From a virus (Duplodnaviria > Caudoviricetes), in the IMG/VR virus record IMGVR_UViG_3300036978_000814, positions 1 to 63,934 of that record: DNA of 63,934 nt; one strand, given 5' to 3'. The notes below the pieces were generated by a model that made no database searches, was not told the DNA's origin, and was given only the letters and a program-made list of their open reading frames with translations. The position numbers and the translations under genes were made by a program. This document shows, one piece after another, positions 9,357 to 20,277 of the stretch. How positions within the stretch are numbered: position 1 is the first letter of the stretch; each line of letters opens with the position of its first letter.

Positions 9357-10817
9357 ATGCCCGATCCCGCACCTACCGTAGTTCCGTTTGATCTCGATGG
9401 GATGGCCGACATCCTTCGCGAAACGAAGCCTGAACTGGCGAAGCAATTCTCAAACGAATTGGATCAGCCTGCTGAAGAGCCCGTTCAGCAACCGCAAGAT
9501 TTGCAGCCGTCTTCCGAGCCGACCGAGCCGGCCGTAGAGGCGTCGGCTCCTGAACCTGAGGTCGAGGAGACCCCCGAGCCGCAGGCCGAGGAAACGGCCA
9601 ACACGCTTGAAGACGAGCTGGCTGAACTGAATCGCCAGTCTGATGAGGCCAAGACCAAGGTTGCCGCCAAGCCGGTTGCCGAAGAGCCCAAGCCGGCTGC
9701 CGAGGCTCCCAAGATTCGTGACGAAGACCTCCAACTCGACACGCGTCAGGCGGCGGCGATGCACCCCCGCACCAAGAAGATCATCGAGGAGCGGAATCAG
9801 AAGATCGTCGCCGAGCGCAACAAGGCCGACGCTCTGGCTAAGGAGAAGGAAGAACTGGCCGCGGAACTTAACCGTGCCCGTGAGACGCTGAAAAAGGGCG
9901 CGGTGCCAAAGGAGACCGAGGAGGAATTGACCCGCCTCCGCGAGCGCATCCGCGAACTGGACATCACTCGCGACCCGAGTCTGGAGAGCAAGTACGACAA
10001 GCCGGTCGTCGAGAATCAGAACAAGATTCTCGGAATCCTCCAAGAGTTTGGCGTCGGCAAAACGGTTGACGGTAAGGACGATCCGGAGGCCATCGAGAAA
10101 CTCAAGAGCGAGGGGATGACCTTCAAAACCATCGCCCCGTACATCAAAAAGCTCTCGGAAGAAGGCTACGAAGACGAAGCCGAAGGTTTGCGCGAGCTTC
10201 TGCGCGAGAACATCCGCATCCGGAACTCCAAGGAGAAGGAAATCTCTGAGTGGCGGGTCAATTTTGACTCGAAAAAGCAACAGGCTGCTCAGTTTTCGCA
10301 GCAACAGCAGGAGAAAATGTTCTCTGAGGTGCGCGATCACGCGACCCGCATCCTAAATTCAGACCTAACGGACCTCGCGAAGGACTTTCCCTTCCTCACC
10401 AAGCCTGCGGAACCGCTTCCGAGCGACTCTCCCGCGATCGCCAAGGCCAAACAGGACGCTCTGGCGGCCTACGAGTCTGCTTCTAAGTCGATTTCAGAGG
10501 CCGCGTCGCAACTGGACGCGTCCAAAGCTGCTCCGGACCGAGTTTCCGAGGTTCAAGGGCGCCTGACGGCGAACGCGGTGCAGAATATCGTCATCCGTCA
10601 GCAGGTTCTGCCTCGATTGCTGAAGGATTTGGCCGACTTAAAGGCTCGGAACGGGGAATTAGAGGCCAAAGTCGGCAAAATCAAAAGCGCCGGCACTCTT
10701 TCTCGCGCTCACGCGGCTGCGGCGACCAGTCCGGCCGGTGCCAAGGCCCCGTTGCCCGAAAGTAACGAGGACGCGGCCAAGCAGATCGCCCGAGAGATGG
10801 GTATTCGGTTCGATTAA
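9357..10817 (+). CDS. putative capsid scaffolding protein
   Basis: Acidic Pro/Glu-rich N-terminus, long coiled coil, position in head module. Confidence 0.6.
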   Translation: MPDPAPTVVPFDLDGMADILRETKPELAKQFSNELDQPAEEPVQQPQDLQPSSEPTEPAVEASAPEPEVEETPEPQAEETANTLEDELAELNRQSDEAKTKVAAKPVAEEPKPAAEAPKIRDEDLQLDTRQAAAMHPRTKKIIEERNQKIVAERNKADALAKEKEELAAELNRARETLKKGAVPKETEEELTRLRERIRELDITRDPSLESKYDKPVVENQNKILGILQEFGVGKTVDGKDDPEAIEKLKSEGMTFKTIAPYIKKLSEEGYEDEAEGLRELLRENIRIRNSKEKEISEWRVNFDSKKQQAAQFSQQQQEKMFSEVRDHATRILNSDLTDLAKDFPFLTKPAEPLPSDSPAIAKAKQDALAAYESASKSISEAASQLDASKAAPDRVSEVQGRLTANAVQNIVIRQQVLPRLLKDLADLKARNGELEAKVGKIKSAGTLSRAHAAAATSPAGAKAPLPESNEDAAKQIAREMGIRFD

Positions 10818-10820
10818 CCC

Positions 10821-11732
10821 GTGATCGACCTTGTAGGACTCCCTCAAGCCTACATCGACAAGTATGGTCGGGAAAAGGTGACCGAAATCATCGGTTCCGG
10901 CCCGGCTATGGTGTCGATGTGGCTTTCGCGGAAGCGGTTTCCGCTCGATGCGGTGCAAAAGCTCATCGAGTTTGATCCGTCTCCGCTTCACGCGGTTCAA
11001 CCCCTGTACTCCAACCCGGAGTTGGGGAAGAAGCTCGTGATCCTGATGCCTATGAACGGATCACCCGAGCCGGAGGTGATGGACGCGTTCGCACGCCTGT
11101 ACGACCCGAAGGAAATGGATTTCCGGAGGGTAGCCTTTAACAACCTGTCGGTGGCTCGTAACGCTCTTGCCGGCCAATTCCTGCGCGGACCGTGGGACTG
11201 GGCACTCTGGTGGGACAGCGACACAATTCCACCGTACGGCGACGCGCAAGCGTTCAAAAAGCTCTGCCAAAACCCGTCTCTACCGGACGTGTTTGCGGGG
11301 GTGCATTCGATTTACCGAATGCTCGTTCACCGGAAGTCGTTTGTGAGCGCGTGCTACGTGGGTCGGCGCAAAGGCGCTCCGCCCCAGTTCGGCCAGACCG
11401 ACTCATCCTCGATGGCCTCGCTGATGAAGCGCGGGCCGCGCAACGAGACCGTCGAGTGCGACTGGTCTGGTTTCGGGTTTGTCCTCACGCACCGCAAAGT
11501 GTTCGAGGACATCATCCGCACTCAGGGTGAGGAGATCCGAGTGAACAACGAGGGGCTACGTTCCCGTTTTGGGTACGACTACGCTTTTTTCACTCCCACC
11601 GGAGTCGACATCCCCGGAGACGACATCCCGTTTTGCATCCGAGCTGCGAAGGCCGGCCACAAAGTGGTGATGGATCTATCCGTGTTCGCCGCCCACATCG
11701 GTAATTACGCGTACACACACGCCGACCTTTGA
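10821..11732 (+). CDS. GT-A glycosyltransferase-like protein with N-terminal Cro-like HTH
   Basis: VARNAL, LWWDSD, GFGFVL..R.VFE, GDDIPFC.RA.KAGHKVVMD..AHIG; N-terminus KYGREKVTEIIGSGPAMVSMW...FP. Confidence 0.75.
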   Translation: MIDLVGLPQAYIDKYGREKVTEIIGSGPAMVSMWLSRKRFPLDAVQKLIEFDPSPLHAVQPLYSNPELGKKLVILMPMNGSPEPEVMDAFARLYDPKEMDFRRVAFNNLSVARNALAGQFLRGPWDWALWWDSDTIPPYGDAQAFKKLCQNPSLPDVFAGVHSIYRMLVHRKSFVSACYVGRRKGAPPQFGQTDSSSMASLMKRGPRNETVECDWSGFGFVLTHRKVFEDIIRTQGEEIRVNNEGLRSRFGYDYAFFTPTGVDIPGDDIPFCIRAAKAGHKVVMDLSVFAAHIGNYAYTHADL

Positions 11733-11736
11733 TTTT

Positions 11737-13149
11737 ATGCCCGCCTCAATCAACATCCAGCCCCAGCCCTTCGTGCCGGGCAACCACCAGAAACTGCTGA
11801 TCGTCCTTCAATACTACAACGGCGATAAGGAGGCCGTCGAAGATTTGGCCACGCTAATCGCGGACCTAGAGCGAATCCGCAACAATCAGGCCGACATTCT
11901 GGTGTTCCGCCGTCACGACGCCGCGGAGTTCGACTCCTCGGTGCTTACGCGGTTGCGCGACAAATTCAGCGTTGTTCACTACGAGCGTAGCCGCCGTCAG
12001 GATGCAAGCGGCTACCCGTTTGGCCCCAACCAAATGTGGAGCGATCTGGTCACGATGCTCGGTCAAAAGTCTTCGTGGTACAACAACTACTACGCGTTTT
12101 TGCCGTTGGAGTCCGATTGCGTGCCCGTGCGCCCCGGATGGATTGGTGCGTTGATTGAAGACTTTAAGGTCGCCAAGGCTAAGGGTTACTCCGCCATCGG
12201 GCACGTCCATCGAGACCCGGTGGAGCATATGAACGGAGTGGCGGTTTACGACACCCGGATTTGGTCGATCGTCGGCGGCAACATCCTAAACGGGTGCAAC
12301 CCTCAAGTGGCGTACGATATCGCCTTCCGGGAAAGCCTTCTCCCGTTGGCGTACGATACTCCCCACATTATGATGGAGTATCAGCGCCCGACCATTCGCG
12401 CTGAAGATTTGTTTCGCCCGTGGAAAAAGAATTACGAGCCCGTGTTGTTTCACGGGGTGAAGGACGATTCGGCCCGGACCGCGGTCCGCTCAAAATACGT
12501 CACGTTCTCGGACGAGAAGGACGCGTCGCTGCGGACCGTTTTCACCTACGAGCATCAAAGGCCCAACAACCCAATGTTGGCGCTTCAGTATAACCTTTGG
12601 TCGGAGAGCTGGAGGAGCCGGGGTTGGAACCCGGTGAAGCTGGTCTTGCGGGATGCGGTTAGCCACCCCCGGTACAAAGACGTGATGGCCGCCCTAAACG
12701 CGATGCAGTTTGAGGGGGACAAGGTCCGCGCCATCGCACGAGTGGTCCGTTGGCTGGCCCTTGATTCGGTCGGTGGCGGTTTGATGGTCGACCCGGATAC
12801 GGTCCCTAACATCTTCAACCCGACCCACTTAAAAGCTAAAACCGCGATCCTGCACTCGGAAACCGATTTTGGCATTTTTGCCGCGTACTTGGACAAACAG
12901 GCTCTTGAGACGCTTTTGACCGCGGTGGAGACATACCCGGCCGATCCGACCGCTCAAGTTCGGGCCCCCGAGTACTTGTTCTTCCGCATCGCCGGCTTGC
13001 TTAAAAAGCCAACCCTTCTGGCCCAGTTCTGTGGTTCCAAAAACTGGAGGGATGCCCGGATTGTCAGCTTCAATCAATCGGAGATGGAGCGCGCGGATGT
13101 ACGGGGGAGTACAGTTCAGGCTATAGAGCAGTTTTTGCGCGGGTTCTGA
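11737..13149 (+). CDS. two-domain glycosyltransferase-like protein
   Basis: Domain 1 GYPFGPNQMW, FLPLESDCVP, HMNGVAVY, FHGVKD; domain 2 WSESWRSRGWNP and RWLAL..GGGLMVDPD (GT32/DxD-like). Confidence 0.65.
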   Translation: MPASINIQPQPFVPGNHQKLLIVLQYYNGDKEAVEDLATLIADLERIRNNQADILVFRRHDAAEFDSSVLTRLRDKFSVVHYERSRRQDASGYPFGPNQMWSDLVTMLGQKSSWYNNYYAFLPLESDCVPVRPGWIGALIEDFKVAKAKGYSAIGHVHRDPVEHMNGVAVYDTRIWSIVGGNILNGCNPQVAYDIAFRESLLPLAYDTPHIMMEYQRPTIRAEDLFRPWKKNYEPVLFHGVKDDSARTAVRSKYVTFSDEKDASLRTVFTYEHQRPNNPMLALQYNLWSESWRSRGWNPVKLVLRDAVSHPRYKDVMAALNAMQFEGDKVRAIARVVRWLALDSVGGGLMVDPDTVPNIFNPTHLKAKTAILHSETDFGIFAAYLDKQALETLLTAVETYPADPTAQVRAPEYLFFRIAGLLKKPTLLAQFCGSKNWRDARIVSFNQSEMERADVRGSTVQAIEQFLRGF

Positions 13150-13162
13150 AAATGAAAAATAG

Positions 13163-13190
13163 TTGACGGGTGGGGATACCCCGTTATCCC
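13163..13190 (+). promoter_or_regulatory. candidate sigma70-like promoter for the capsid operon
   Basis: A-rich UP-like tract, TTGACG at 13163, imperfect -10 TATCCC at 13185. Confidence 0.4.
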
Positions 13191-13201
13191 CTTCCCTCAT
13201 C

Positions 13202-13336
13202 CGGGGGTTATTAGCGCGCAAGCGCCGGTCCGCTGCGAGAGCAGCACATCCGCCGGGGACAAACGGGTGTGTCGCAAGACCGAATAGGAGAGGGAACTAC
13301 CCACCTTCGACCGGGTAAACCCCGTTCAACGACGGG
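13202..13336 (+). ncRNA. candidate structured cis-regulatory RNA in the major capsid gene leader
   Basis: Nested helices with three GNRA-capped hairpins (GCGC-GCAA-GCGC, GCUGC-GAGA-GCAGC, GUC-GCAA-GAC); hand-folded only. Confidence 0.65.
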
Positions 13337-13365
13337 ACAGTTCAACTTAACCTCCTCTTACTACA

Positions 13366-14598
13366 ATGCCTTGCACTCCGATTCCGATCGATCTCGCGAC
13401 CCAGCTCTTTAGCCGGGACCCGCAGCGTCTTTATGGCCCCATCGCCAAGAGCCTGCTGACGCAGGTTCCCTACATTTCCGCCCTGAAGTCGGGCACGTTC
13501 CCCGCGTCTGTCGCTGCCACTCTTATCAGCGTCGCGCAGGGCCGTCCTTACCTCCAGACCTCGCTGGCCAATCCCTCGTTCACGTCGATGCTGAACCTCT
13601 GCGGTTCCTGCTCGCTGAACGTCGACGACAACGGTACGAATCAGTACACGTACTCCGCGTCGATCAATCAGGGTATGTCCGACAAGATCTGCTTGAATCA
13701 GGGTTTCTCGGCCTTCCTTGGCTCCCTGACCGCGCAGCTTGAGGCGTATCAGACCGGCATCACCGAGCTGATCAATGCTGACATCCGTTATCAGCTTTTC
13801 CTGCGTTCTGGCGTCAAGATGGCGGTCCGTACCGGCCTCAGCGTCACGAGCCAGATCACCGGTGGTGAGTACAACATCGATCAGGCGGTTCCGACCGTCG
13901 AGTCGAATGCTGAACTGACCTTCTCCACGCTTCAGGCGGTCAACCGTTATATGCGGTCGGCCCTGCGTGCGAAGCCCTTCGGTTCCGGCGCCAACGCTCA
14001 CGCCAAGTTCATCGGTTCGCCCGACATCCTCGACGCGCTCCGTGATGACCTCGGCGGTGCGGCCGGCCCCGGTGGTGCGAACATCGTGCCCCTCGGTCAG
14101 GTTGCCGCCAGCGGCAACAAGATGGCGGTCGACGCCCTCACCGGCTATATGTTCGAGCCGCTGTACCGCGGTATCCAGATGGGTGAGGACCCGATTCCGC
14201 TCCGGCTCAACTGGAACGGCTCGGCCTACGTCCCGGTCGATCCCAACAGCGCCTACACCGCCACCAGCGGCACCTCCATTGCGACGGTGTCCAGCGCGTG
14301 GTTGAACGCCTCCCACGAGGTGGCGTTCCTGATGTACGAAGGCTCCTTCGAGCGTCAGGTTCCGGCTCCCTTCACCGGCGAGGGCAAGATCCGCTTCCAG
14401 CGGCAGCTCTTCGGTGGCGAGATCCAGTTTATGAACCACCCCGATATGGAGTCCAATATGTTCGGGGACTACGGCGTGATGGCCTACCGTATCGGTCGCG
14501 CCTTCCGCCCGATCTATCCGTGGTTCGTTCTGCCGATCATCTACAAGCGGTGCAAGAACACCAATGACCTGACGACCTGCACGGGCGTCAGCGGCTGA
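13366..14598 (+). CDS. major capsid protein
   Basis: 410 aa, strongly biased codon use, own leader and downstream terminator-like hairpin, position after portal/scaffold. Confidence 0.75.
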   Translation: MPCTPIPIDLATQLFSRDPQRLYGPIAKSLLTQVPYISALKSGTFPASVAATLISVAQGRPYLQTSLANPSFTSMLNLCGSCSLNVDDNGTNQYTYSASINQGMSDKICLNQGFSAFLGSLTAQLEAYQTGITELINADIRYQLFLRSGVKMAVRTGLSVTSQITGGEYNIDQAVPTVESNAELTFSTLQAVNRYMRSALRAKPFGSGANAHAKFIGSPDILDALRDDLGGAAGPGGANIVPLGQVAASGNKMAVDALTGYMFEPLYRGIQMGEDPIPLRLNWNGSAYVPVDPNSAYTATSGTSIATVSSAWLNASHEVAFLMYEGSFERQVPAPFTGEGKIRFQRQLFGGEIQFMNHPDMESNMFGDYGVMAYRIGRAFRPIYPWFVLPIIYKRCKNTNDLTTCTGVSG

Positions 14599-14616
14599 TC
14601 GATAGCTTAGGAACCG

Positions 14617-14653
14617 GCCGCCTCAGGGAAACCCCCTGAGGCGGCTAACCTTT
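14617..14653 (+). terminator. hairpin after the capsid gene (likely partial terminator)
   Basis: 12-bp perfect stem GCCGCCTCAGGG/CCCTGAGGCGGC with only a short T tract. Confidence 0.65.
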
Positions 14654-14672
14654 AACCCGGGAAGCCAGAATT

Positions 14673-15770
14673 ATGTCCTGCGAAGGTACGACTCAATGTA
14701 TGCCTCCGAAGGCCACACTCCTGTTTTTTCAGGGTATGTCCGGCCCCAGCGGTCCGCTGGGCCCGACGGGCGCTACCGGACCTCAGGGCAGTCCGGGCGG
14801 CGCTACTGGCGCCACGGGTCTGCGGGGTATCACGGGCGCAACCGGCGTTGCAGGTCTAGTTGGCTCCACCGGCGTTCAGGGTCAGTCTGGTCCGCTCTGC
14901 ACTTTCCGCGGGGCGTACAACCTTACGACGCGTTATTACTACAACGCCGGCCGACGGGACGTGGTCTCGTATTCCGGCGCGTTTTGGGTAGCCAACAACC
15001 CGGCGAAGGACGCTCAGGTCAACTGGGGAACCCCCGGAGTCAGTAGCGACTGGGTCACTTTTGGTTCTCAGTTCTCGATGATCGCGACGGGGCTTCTCCT
15101 GACCGAGAACGCGATCATCACTACCAACCTCACTCTGGGCACCACCGGCCTGAACGTGGGGGTGATTCAGTCCGCGAACTACGTCGCGGGCTCATCTGGC
15201 TTCCTGATTCGCGCCGACGGTTACGCGGAGTTCAACGACGTGCTGGTGCGAGGCAAAATCTCCACCACCTCGGAGAAGTTCAACCCGGCCAATACGGCGA
15301 ACACGATGCCGCCGATCGGGTTTGGGGTACGCGTCATCCCGCAAATCCTCAACGCGACAATCCCAGAAAACCCCACGCTCCTTTACGAGACCGACAACAG
15401 CCTCATCTTCTACGGCTGGAACAGCGGCTCGGCCGGGTTTGTCACGAACCGTTTTGGCAACTCAAGCCAGACGTTCGTCATCAACCTTCAAGGCAACGCG
15501 AACAATAGTTCTCCTACCGCGCAGTTGTTCTACATCGAACTGGTGTATCGAACCCGAAACAACGGTGGTCCGTGGGGTGCTTGGAACGACATCGGTTTGC
15601 CGGCGTACGTCACTTCCGCGGTTGTCGGCCAGAGTTTTCAGAAAACGAACTTTGAGCTTCTGTCGTTGACCGGTACTCAGGACGTGCAATTTGGTGCGGC
15701 GTTCTCCAAAGGTGTTGGAGGCTCCGTCATAATGGAAGGCGCTCAACTGTCCGTTCAGGCCCCGAATTAA
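14673..15770 (+). CDS. virion fibre/decoration protein with short collagen-like segment
   Basis: GXY repeats near the N-terminus; [30 protein letters not shown] resembles tail-fibre DUF3672-type segments. Confidence 0.7.
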   Translation: MSCEGTTQCMPPKATLLFFQGMSGPSGPLGPTGATGPQGSPGGATGATGLRGITGATGVAGLVGSTGVQGQSGPLCTFRGAYNLTTRYYYNAGRRDVVSYSGAFWVANNPAKDAQVNWGTPGVSSDWVTFGSQFSMIATGLLLTENAIITTNLTLGTTGLNVGVIQSANYVAGSSGFLIRADGYAEFNDVLVRGKISTTSEKFNPANTANTMPPIGFGVRVIPQILNATIPENPTLLYETDNSLIFYGWNSGSAGFVTNRFGNSSQTFVINLQGNANNSSPTAQLFYIELVYRTRNNGGPWGAWNDIGLPAYVTSAVVGQSFQKTNFELLSLTGTQDVQFGAAFSKGVGGSVIMEGAQLSVQAPN

Positions 15771-15771
15771 A

Positions 15772-18700
15772 ATGTCCAACGACTGCTGCAAGCCCATCAC
15801 TTGGTGTACCCCGCCCGACTGGAACACCCAGTTCCCGCAGTTGGTCGGTGCGACGGGGGCTAGCGGCGTCACGGGCGCGACGGGGCCGGCGGGAACGCCC
15901 GGTTCTCCGGGCGGGGCAACTGGCGCCACCGGCGCTACCGGGCCCGCTGGTACGGGCACGACTGGTGCAACTGGTGTTTCGGGTCCTGCGGGCGTAACTG
16001 GTGCTACGGGTCCTGCGGGCACGGGCACTACGGGTGCTACGGGCCCCGCGGGCATCGGCACAACTGGCGCTACCGGCGTTGCGGGTTCGCCCGGCGCGAC
16101 CGGCTCACTTGGCGCTACCGGCGCTACCGGCGCGGGCGTTACCGGTGCCACCGGCGTTCAAGGCCCTGCCGGCGTTACCGGTGCTACTGGCCCCGCTGGC
16201 GCGGGCACGACCGGCGTTACGGGCGTAACCGGCGCAACTGGCGTCGCCGGTGCGACTGGCGTCACGGGCGCAACTGGTGCAGGCGTTACCGGCGCTACTG
16301 GCGTTGCGGGCGCAGTTGGCGTTACCGGCGCTACCGGTCCTGCGGGCACCGGTACGACCGGCGCGACCGGTGCTACTGGCACGGCTGGTGCCGCAGGTGT
16401 GACCGGCGTTACAGGTGCTACCGGACCTGCGGGCACAGGCACTACCGGTGCCACAGGTGCTACTGGCACCATTGGTGCAACCGGCGCTACCGGACCTGCG
16501 GGCACGGGCACTACCGGTGCTACCGGTGCTACCGGCACGGCCGGAGCTGCTGGCGTTACGGGCGTTACCGGTGCTACTGGCCCTGCCGGCACGGGCACGA
16601 CCGGCGCTACTGGTGTTGCAGGTGCTGCCGGCGCAACTGGTGCTACCGGTGTAGCCGGCTCTGTAGGTGTTACCGGAGCAACTGGTGTTGTTGGCGTTAC
16701 CGGTGCAACCGGCGTCGTCGGTGTAACCGGCGTCGCTGGTGCGACTGGCGTCACGGGCGCTACTGGTGTTGTCGGTGTCACGGGTGCAACCGGCGTTGTC
16801 GGCGTCACCGGTGCGACCGGCGCGGTCGGTGTGACCGGCGTCACGGGTGTCACGGGTGTTGTAGGCGTCACCGGTGCGACCGGCGTTGTCGGCGTCACCG
16901 GCGCGACTGGCGTTACCGGTGTCACCGGTGCCACGGGTGTGGGCACGACCGGTGCCACGGGCATTCAGGGCCTAACCGGCCCGATTGGTGTAAGCGGCGC
17001 TACCGGTCCTCAGGGTGCAACTGGTATTCAAGGCCCTCCGGGCGCTGGCGGTCAGTTGGCCAACTACGGCGTATTTGAGAGCCTGTCGAGCCAAACCGCT
17101 GCGGCGATCAATACTGGTTACGCGATGACCTTGGACCCCACTCCGGTGGAGGCTCTTGGCATTTCGATCACGTCTGGCAGTCGGGTTACCTTTAGCCAGA
17201 ACGGCACTTACGATCTTCAGTTCTCGGCTCAACTTCACAACAACGGCGGCGGCGGCTCTGGCCAAACGGTAAAGATTTGGTTCGCGAAGAACGGAACTCC
17301 GGTTCCCGACAGCTCCACGATCGTTGTCGTACCCAGCAACGCCCCGTACGTTGTCGCCGCGTGGGACTATATGTTCACCGTAGTCGCCAACGACTACGTT
17401 CAGATTTTCTGGTCTACCAATAACACGGCCATCGGTTTGGATTACAGCCCGACGGTCAACGGGTTCCCTGCGGTTCCGTCCTTAATCGTAACGGTGATGC
17501 AGGTGACCTACGCGCAAGCGGGCGTCACGGGTGTTACCGGCGTGTCCGGTGTTACTGGCGCGACTGGCGTCGCTGGTGCGACTGGCGTCACGGGCGCTAC
17601 AGGTGTTGTCGGTGTCACGGGTGTCACGGGTGCTACAGGTGTCGTAGGCGTTACTGGTGCGGTCGGCGTCACGGGCGCGACTGGTGTCGTAGGCGTTACT
17701 GGCGCGACCGGCGTCAACGGCGTTGTCGGCGTGACCGGTGCTACCGGTGTTGTTGGCGTCACGGGCGCTACTGGCGTTGTCGGTGTCACCGGTGCGACCG
17801 GTGTCAGCGGTGTAATCGGCGTGTCTGGCGCGGCCGGTGTCACGGGCGCTACTGGTGTGGTCGGTGTGACCGGTGCAACGGGCGTCAACGGCGTTGCCGG
17901 CGTGACCGGTGCTACCGGCATTCAAGGCCCGATCGGCGTAACGGGTGCTACCGGGGTTGGTGTCACCGGGGTTACCGGTGCTACTGGCATTCAAGGCCCG
18001 ATCGGCGTAACCGGTGCTACCGGTGTTGCTGGTGCTGCGGGCGTTACCGGTGCTACCGGTGTTGCTGGTGCTGCGGGCGTAACCGGTGCTACCGGTGTTG
18101 CTGGTGCTGCGGGCGTAACCGGTGCTACCGGTGTTGCTGGTGCTGCGGGCGTTACCGGTGCTACCGGTGTTGCTGGTGCTGCGGGCGTAACCGGTGCTAC
18201 CGGTGTTGCTGGTGCTGCGGGCGTGACCGGTGTTACCGGTGTTACCGGGGTCGGCGTTACCGGTGCTACTGGCATTCAAGGCCCGGTTGGTGTTACCGGT
18301 GCTACCGGCGTCAACGGCGCCGTCGGTGTTACCGGTGCTACTGGCGTCCAAGGCCCTGTCGGTGTTACCGGTGCTACCGGCGTCAACGGCGTTGTCGGTG
18401 TTACCGGTGCTACCGGCGTGGGCACGACGGGTGCTACCGGCCCCATCGGCGCTACCGGCCCTGCGGGTGGTGGCGGTTCCGCCAGTTGGACGACCAAGAC
18501 CTCGGCCTACACCGCGGTTACTGGCGATCGTCTTCTGGCCGACACCTCTGCCGGTGCGTTCACGATCACGCTTCCCGCGACCCCGGCGAATGGGAACTAC
18601 ATCGAGTTTAACGACCCGAAGAAGACTTGGCCGACCAATAATCTGACCATCGCCCGCAACGGGTCGAACATCGACAGCCTCGCGGAGGATCTGGTCTGCA

Positions 18701-19200
18701 ACATCTCCGCTGGCGTAGGGCTGACCTACATCAACGCCACGATCGGTTGGGAGGTTGATTTCATCAACGAGATCGGCGGCACCGCGATCACGGGCGCCAC
18801 CGGCGCCACGGGTCCGGCGGGGATTGGCGTCACCGGGCCTACTGGTGTTACTGGCCCGACGGGTGTTGGGATCACCGGCCCCACCGGCCCCACCGGTCCG
18901 TCAAACATCAACCAGAACGCCAAGACCGCCAGCTACACTCTGGTCGCCTCGGATACCGGTAAGCACATCTACACCAATTCCGAGGTCATCGTGCCTGCGA
19001 GCGTGTTTGCCGTTGGTGACGTGGTCACGATTGCTAACAGCAGCGGCTCCACCATCACGATCACTCAGGGCGCGTCGGTGACGATGTATTTTGCGGGTAT
19101 CGGCACCACGGGTAACCGTTCGCTCGCTACTCGCGGATGCGCCACGGTGCTTTATGTGGCGAGCAACACGTTCCTGATTATGGGCGCTGGCCTCGGCTGA
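15772..19200 (+). CDS. long collagen-like (Gly-X-Thr) fibre protein, 1142 aa
   Basis: Two long GAT/GVT triplet tracts separated by a beta-sandwich domain, plus C-terminal fibre domains ([15 protein letters not shown]; [10 protein letters not shown]). Confidence 0.85.
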   Translation: MSNDCCKPITWCTPPDWNTQFPQLVGATGASGVTGATGPAGTPGSPGGATGATGATGPAGTGTTGATGVSGPAGVTGATGPAGTGTTGATGPAGIGTTGATGVAGSPGATGSLGATGATGAGVTGATGVQGPAGVTGATGPAGAGTTGVTGVTGATGVAGATGVTGATGAGVTGATGVAGAVGVTGATGPAGTGTTGATGATGTAGAAGVTGVTGATGPAGTGTTGATGATGTIGATGATGPAGTGTTGATGATGTAGAAGVTGVTGATGPAGTGTTGATGVAGAAGATGATGVAGSVGVTGATGVVGVTGATGVVGVTGVAGATGVTGATGVVGVTGATGVVGVTGATGAVGVTGVTGVTGVVGVTGATGVVGVTGATGVTGVTGATGVGTTGATGIQGLTGPIGVSGATGPQGATGIQGPPGAGGQLANYGVFESLSSQTAAAINTGYAMTLDPTPVEALGISITSGSRVTFSQNGTYDLQFSAQLHNNGGGGSGQTVKIWFAKNGTPVPDSSTIVVVPSNAPYVVAAWDYMFTVVANDYVQIFWSTNNTAIGLDYSPTVNGFPAVPSLIVTVMQVTYAQAGVTGVTGVSGVTGATGVAGATGVTGATGVVGVTGVTGATGVVGVTGAVGVTGATGVVGVTGATGVNGVVGVTGATGVVGVTGATGVVGVTGATGVSGVIGVSGAAGVTGATGVVGVTGATGVNGVAGVTGATGIQGPIGVTGATGVGVTGVTGATGIQGPIGVTGATGVAGAAGVTGATGVAGAAGVTGATGVAGAAGVTGATGVAGAAGVTGATGVAGAAGVTGATGVAGAAGVTGVTGVTGVGVTGATGIQGPVGVTGATGVNGAVGVTGATGVQGPVGVTGATGVNGVVGVTGATGVGTTGATGPIGATGPAGGGGSASWTTKTSAYTAVTGDRLLADTSAGAFTITLPATPANGNYIEFNDPKKTWPTNNLTIARNGSNIDSLAEDLVCNISAGVGLTYINATIGWEVDFINEIGGTAITGATGATGPAGIGVTGPTGVTGPTGVGITGPTGPTGPSNINQNAKTASYTLVASDTGKHIYTNSEVIVPASVFAVGDVVTIANSSGSTITITQGASVTMYFAGIGTTGNRSLATRGCATVLYVASNTFLIMGAGLG
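18004..18222 (+). repeat. about six tandem 36-bp units encoding [12 protein letters not shown]
   Basis: ggcgt(a/t)accggtgctaccggtgttgctggtgctgcg repeated nearly perfectly. Confidence 0.85.
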
Positions 19201-19201
19201 T

Positions 19202-19960
19202 ATGTCGATTCAACAGATGCTTATGGTTTCCGCGCGGGACGCAAACGCGACCGGCGGTACGATTACTTACAGCGGTAAGTGGCAAATCCATACGTTCACT
19301 TCCTCGGGGAATTTTCAGTTTACCTACATCAACAATCTCTCGCTGCCGGTACGCATACTTGTGGCCAACGGGGGTGCTTCTGGGCAGAACGGTCAGGATA
19401 TTACCGAGTCCGATATCGGCGGTGTTGGTGGCAACGGTGCTTCCGCTGGTCAGTACCAATATACTACTTCGTATACGGCCAACTCGCTTGGTTTAACCAG
19501 TCGAGCGGTGGTGGTAGGGGGAGCGTCTAGCTCCAGCTCATTCTTCTCGCTCTCGGGCAATACCGCAGGCGGTTCTGGGGGTTTAGGGGGAGCAGGAAGC
19601 ACAACCGGCTCTGGCGGTTCAGGTAATCCGGGCGGCAACGGAGTCGATTTGATATCCGTTTTTGGATCGCGCTACAGCGCCGGCGGCGGCGGTGGCGGTG
19701 GCGGCTCTGGCGACGTTCCGGCAGCGGTTGGTGGCTCCGGCGGCTCTGGAGGTATCGGGGGAGGCGGCAACGGCGGCAACGGCGGCGCCACCGATCCAGA
19801 AATTGCCGCAGCGGCTGGCGTCAACGGGGCCATCAACAGCGGTTCGGGAGGTGGCGGCGGTGGTGGCGCTTCGGCTAACGTAACCGGAACCTACCTCGGC
19901 GGTGTTGGCGGATTGGGTGGATCGGGCGTTGTAATTGTGGCGTTTCAGTACGTCGTTTGA
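19202..19960 (+). CDS. glycine-rich tail fibre/adhesin protein
   Basis: TGGTIT...IHTFTSSG start, poly-Gly runs, GGSGVVIV end. Confidence 0.8.
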   Translation: MSIQQMLMVSARDANATGGTITYSGKWQIHTFTSSGNFQFTYINNLSLPVRILVANGGASGQNGQDITESDIGGVGGNGASAGQYQYTTSYTANSLGLTSRAVVVGGASSSSSFFSLSGNTAGGSGGLGGAGSTTGSGGSGNPGGNGVDLISVFGSRYSAGGGGGGGGSGDVPAAVGGSGGSGGIGGGGNGGNGGATDPEIAAAAGVNGAINSGSGGGGGGGASANVTGTYLGGVGGLGGSGVVIVAFQYVV

Positions 19961-19962
19961 AT

Positions 19963-20274
19963 ATGGCCCATTTTGCTGAGATCGATTCTAACAGCTTAGT
20001 GGTTCGGGTGGCGGTCGTGCCCGACGATCAGGAATCGCGGGGCGCGCAGTTTCTGGCGGTCGACCTCGGTCTGGGAGGTACGTGGATTCAGACCTCGTAC
20101 AACACTCGGTACGGGGTCCACACGGGCACAGGTACGCCCCTTCGCATCAACTACGCTCAAGTCGGTTTCACCTACGACGCCACGCTGGACGGGTTTATAT
20201 ACCCCAAGCCCGCGGACCATCCCGATTGGGTGCTCGACCCCGCCACCGGAGTCTGGAATCCTCCCGCGAATTAA
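19963..20274 (+). CDS. tail-fibre-associated small protein
   Basis: MAHFAEID...WIQTSYN...RINYA..G.TYD..LD.FI.PKP..W pattern, commonly next to Gly-rich fibre genes. Confidence 0.75.
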   Translation: MAHFAEIDSNSLVVRVAVVPDDQESRGAQFLAVDLGLGGTWIQTSYNTRYGVHTGTGTPLRINYAQVGFTYDATLDGFIYPKPADHPDWVLDPATGVWNPPAN

Positions 20275-20277
20275 CCC

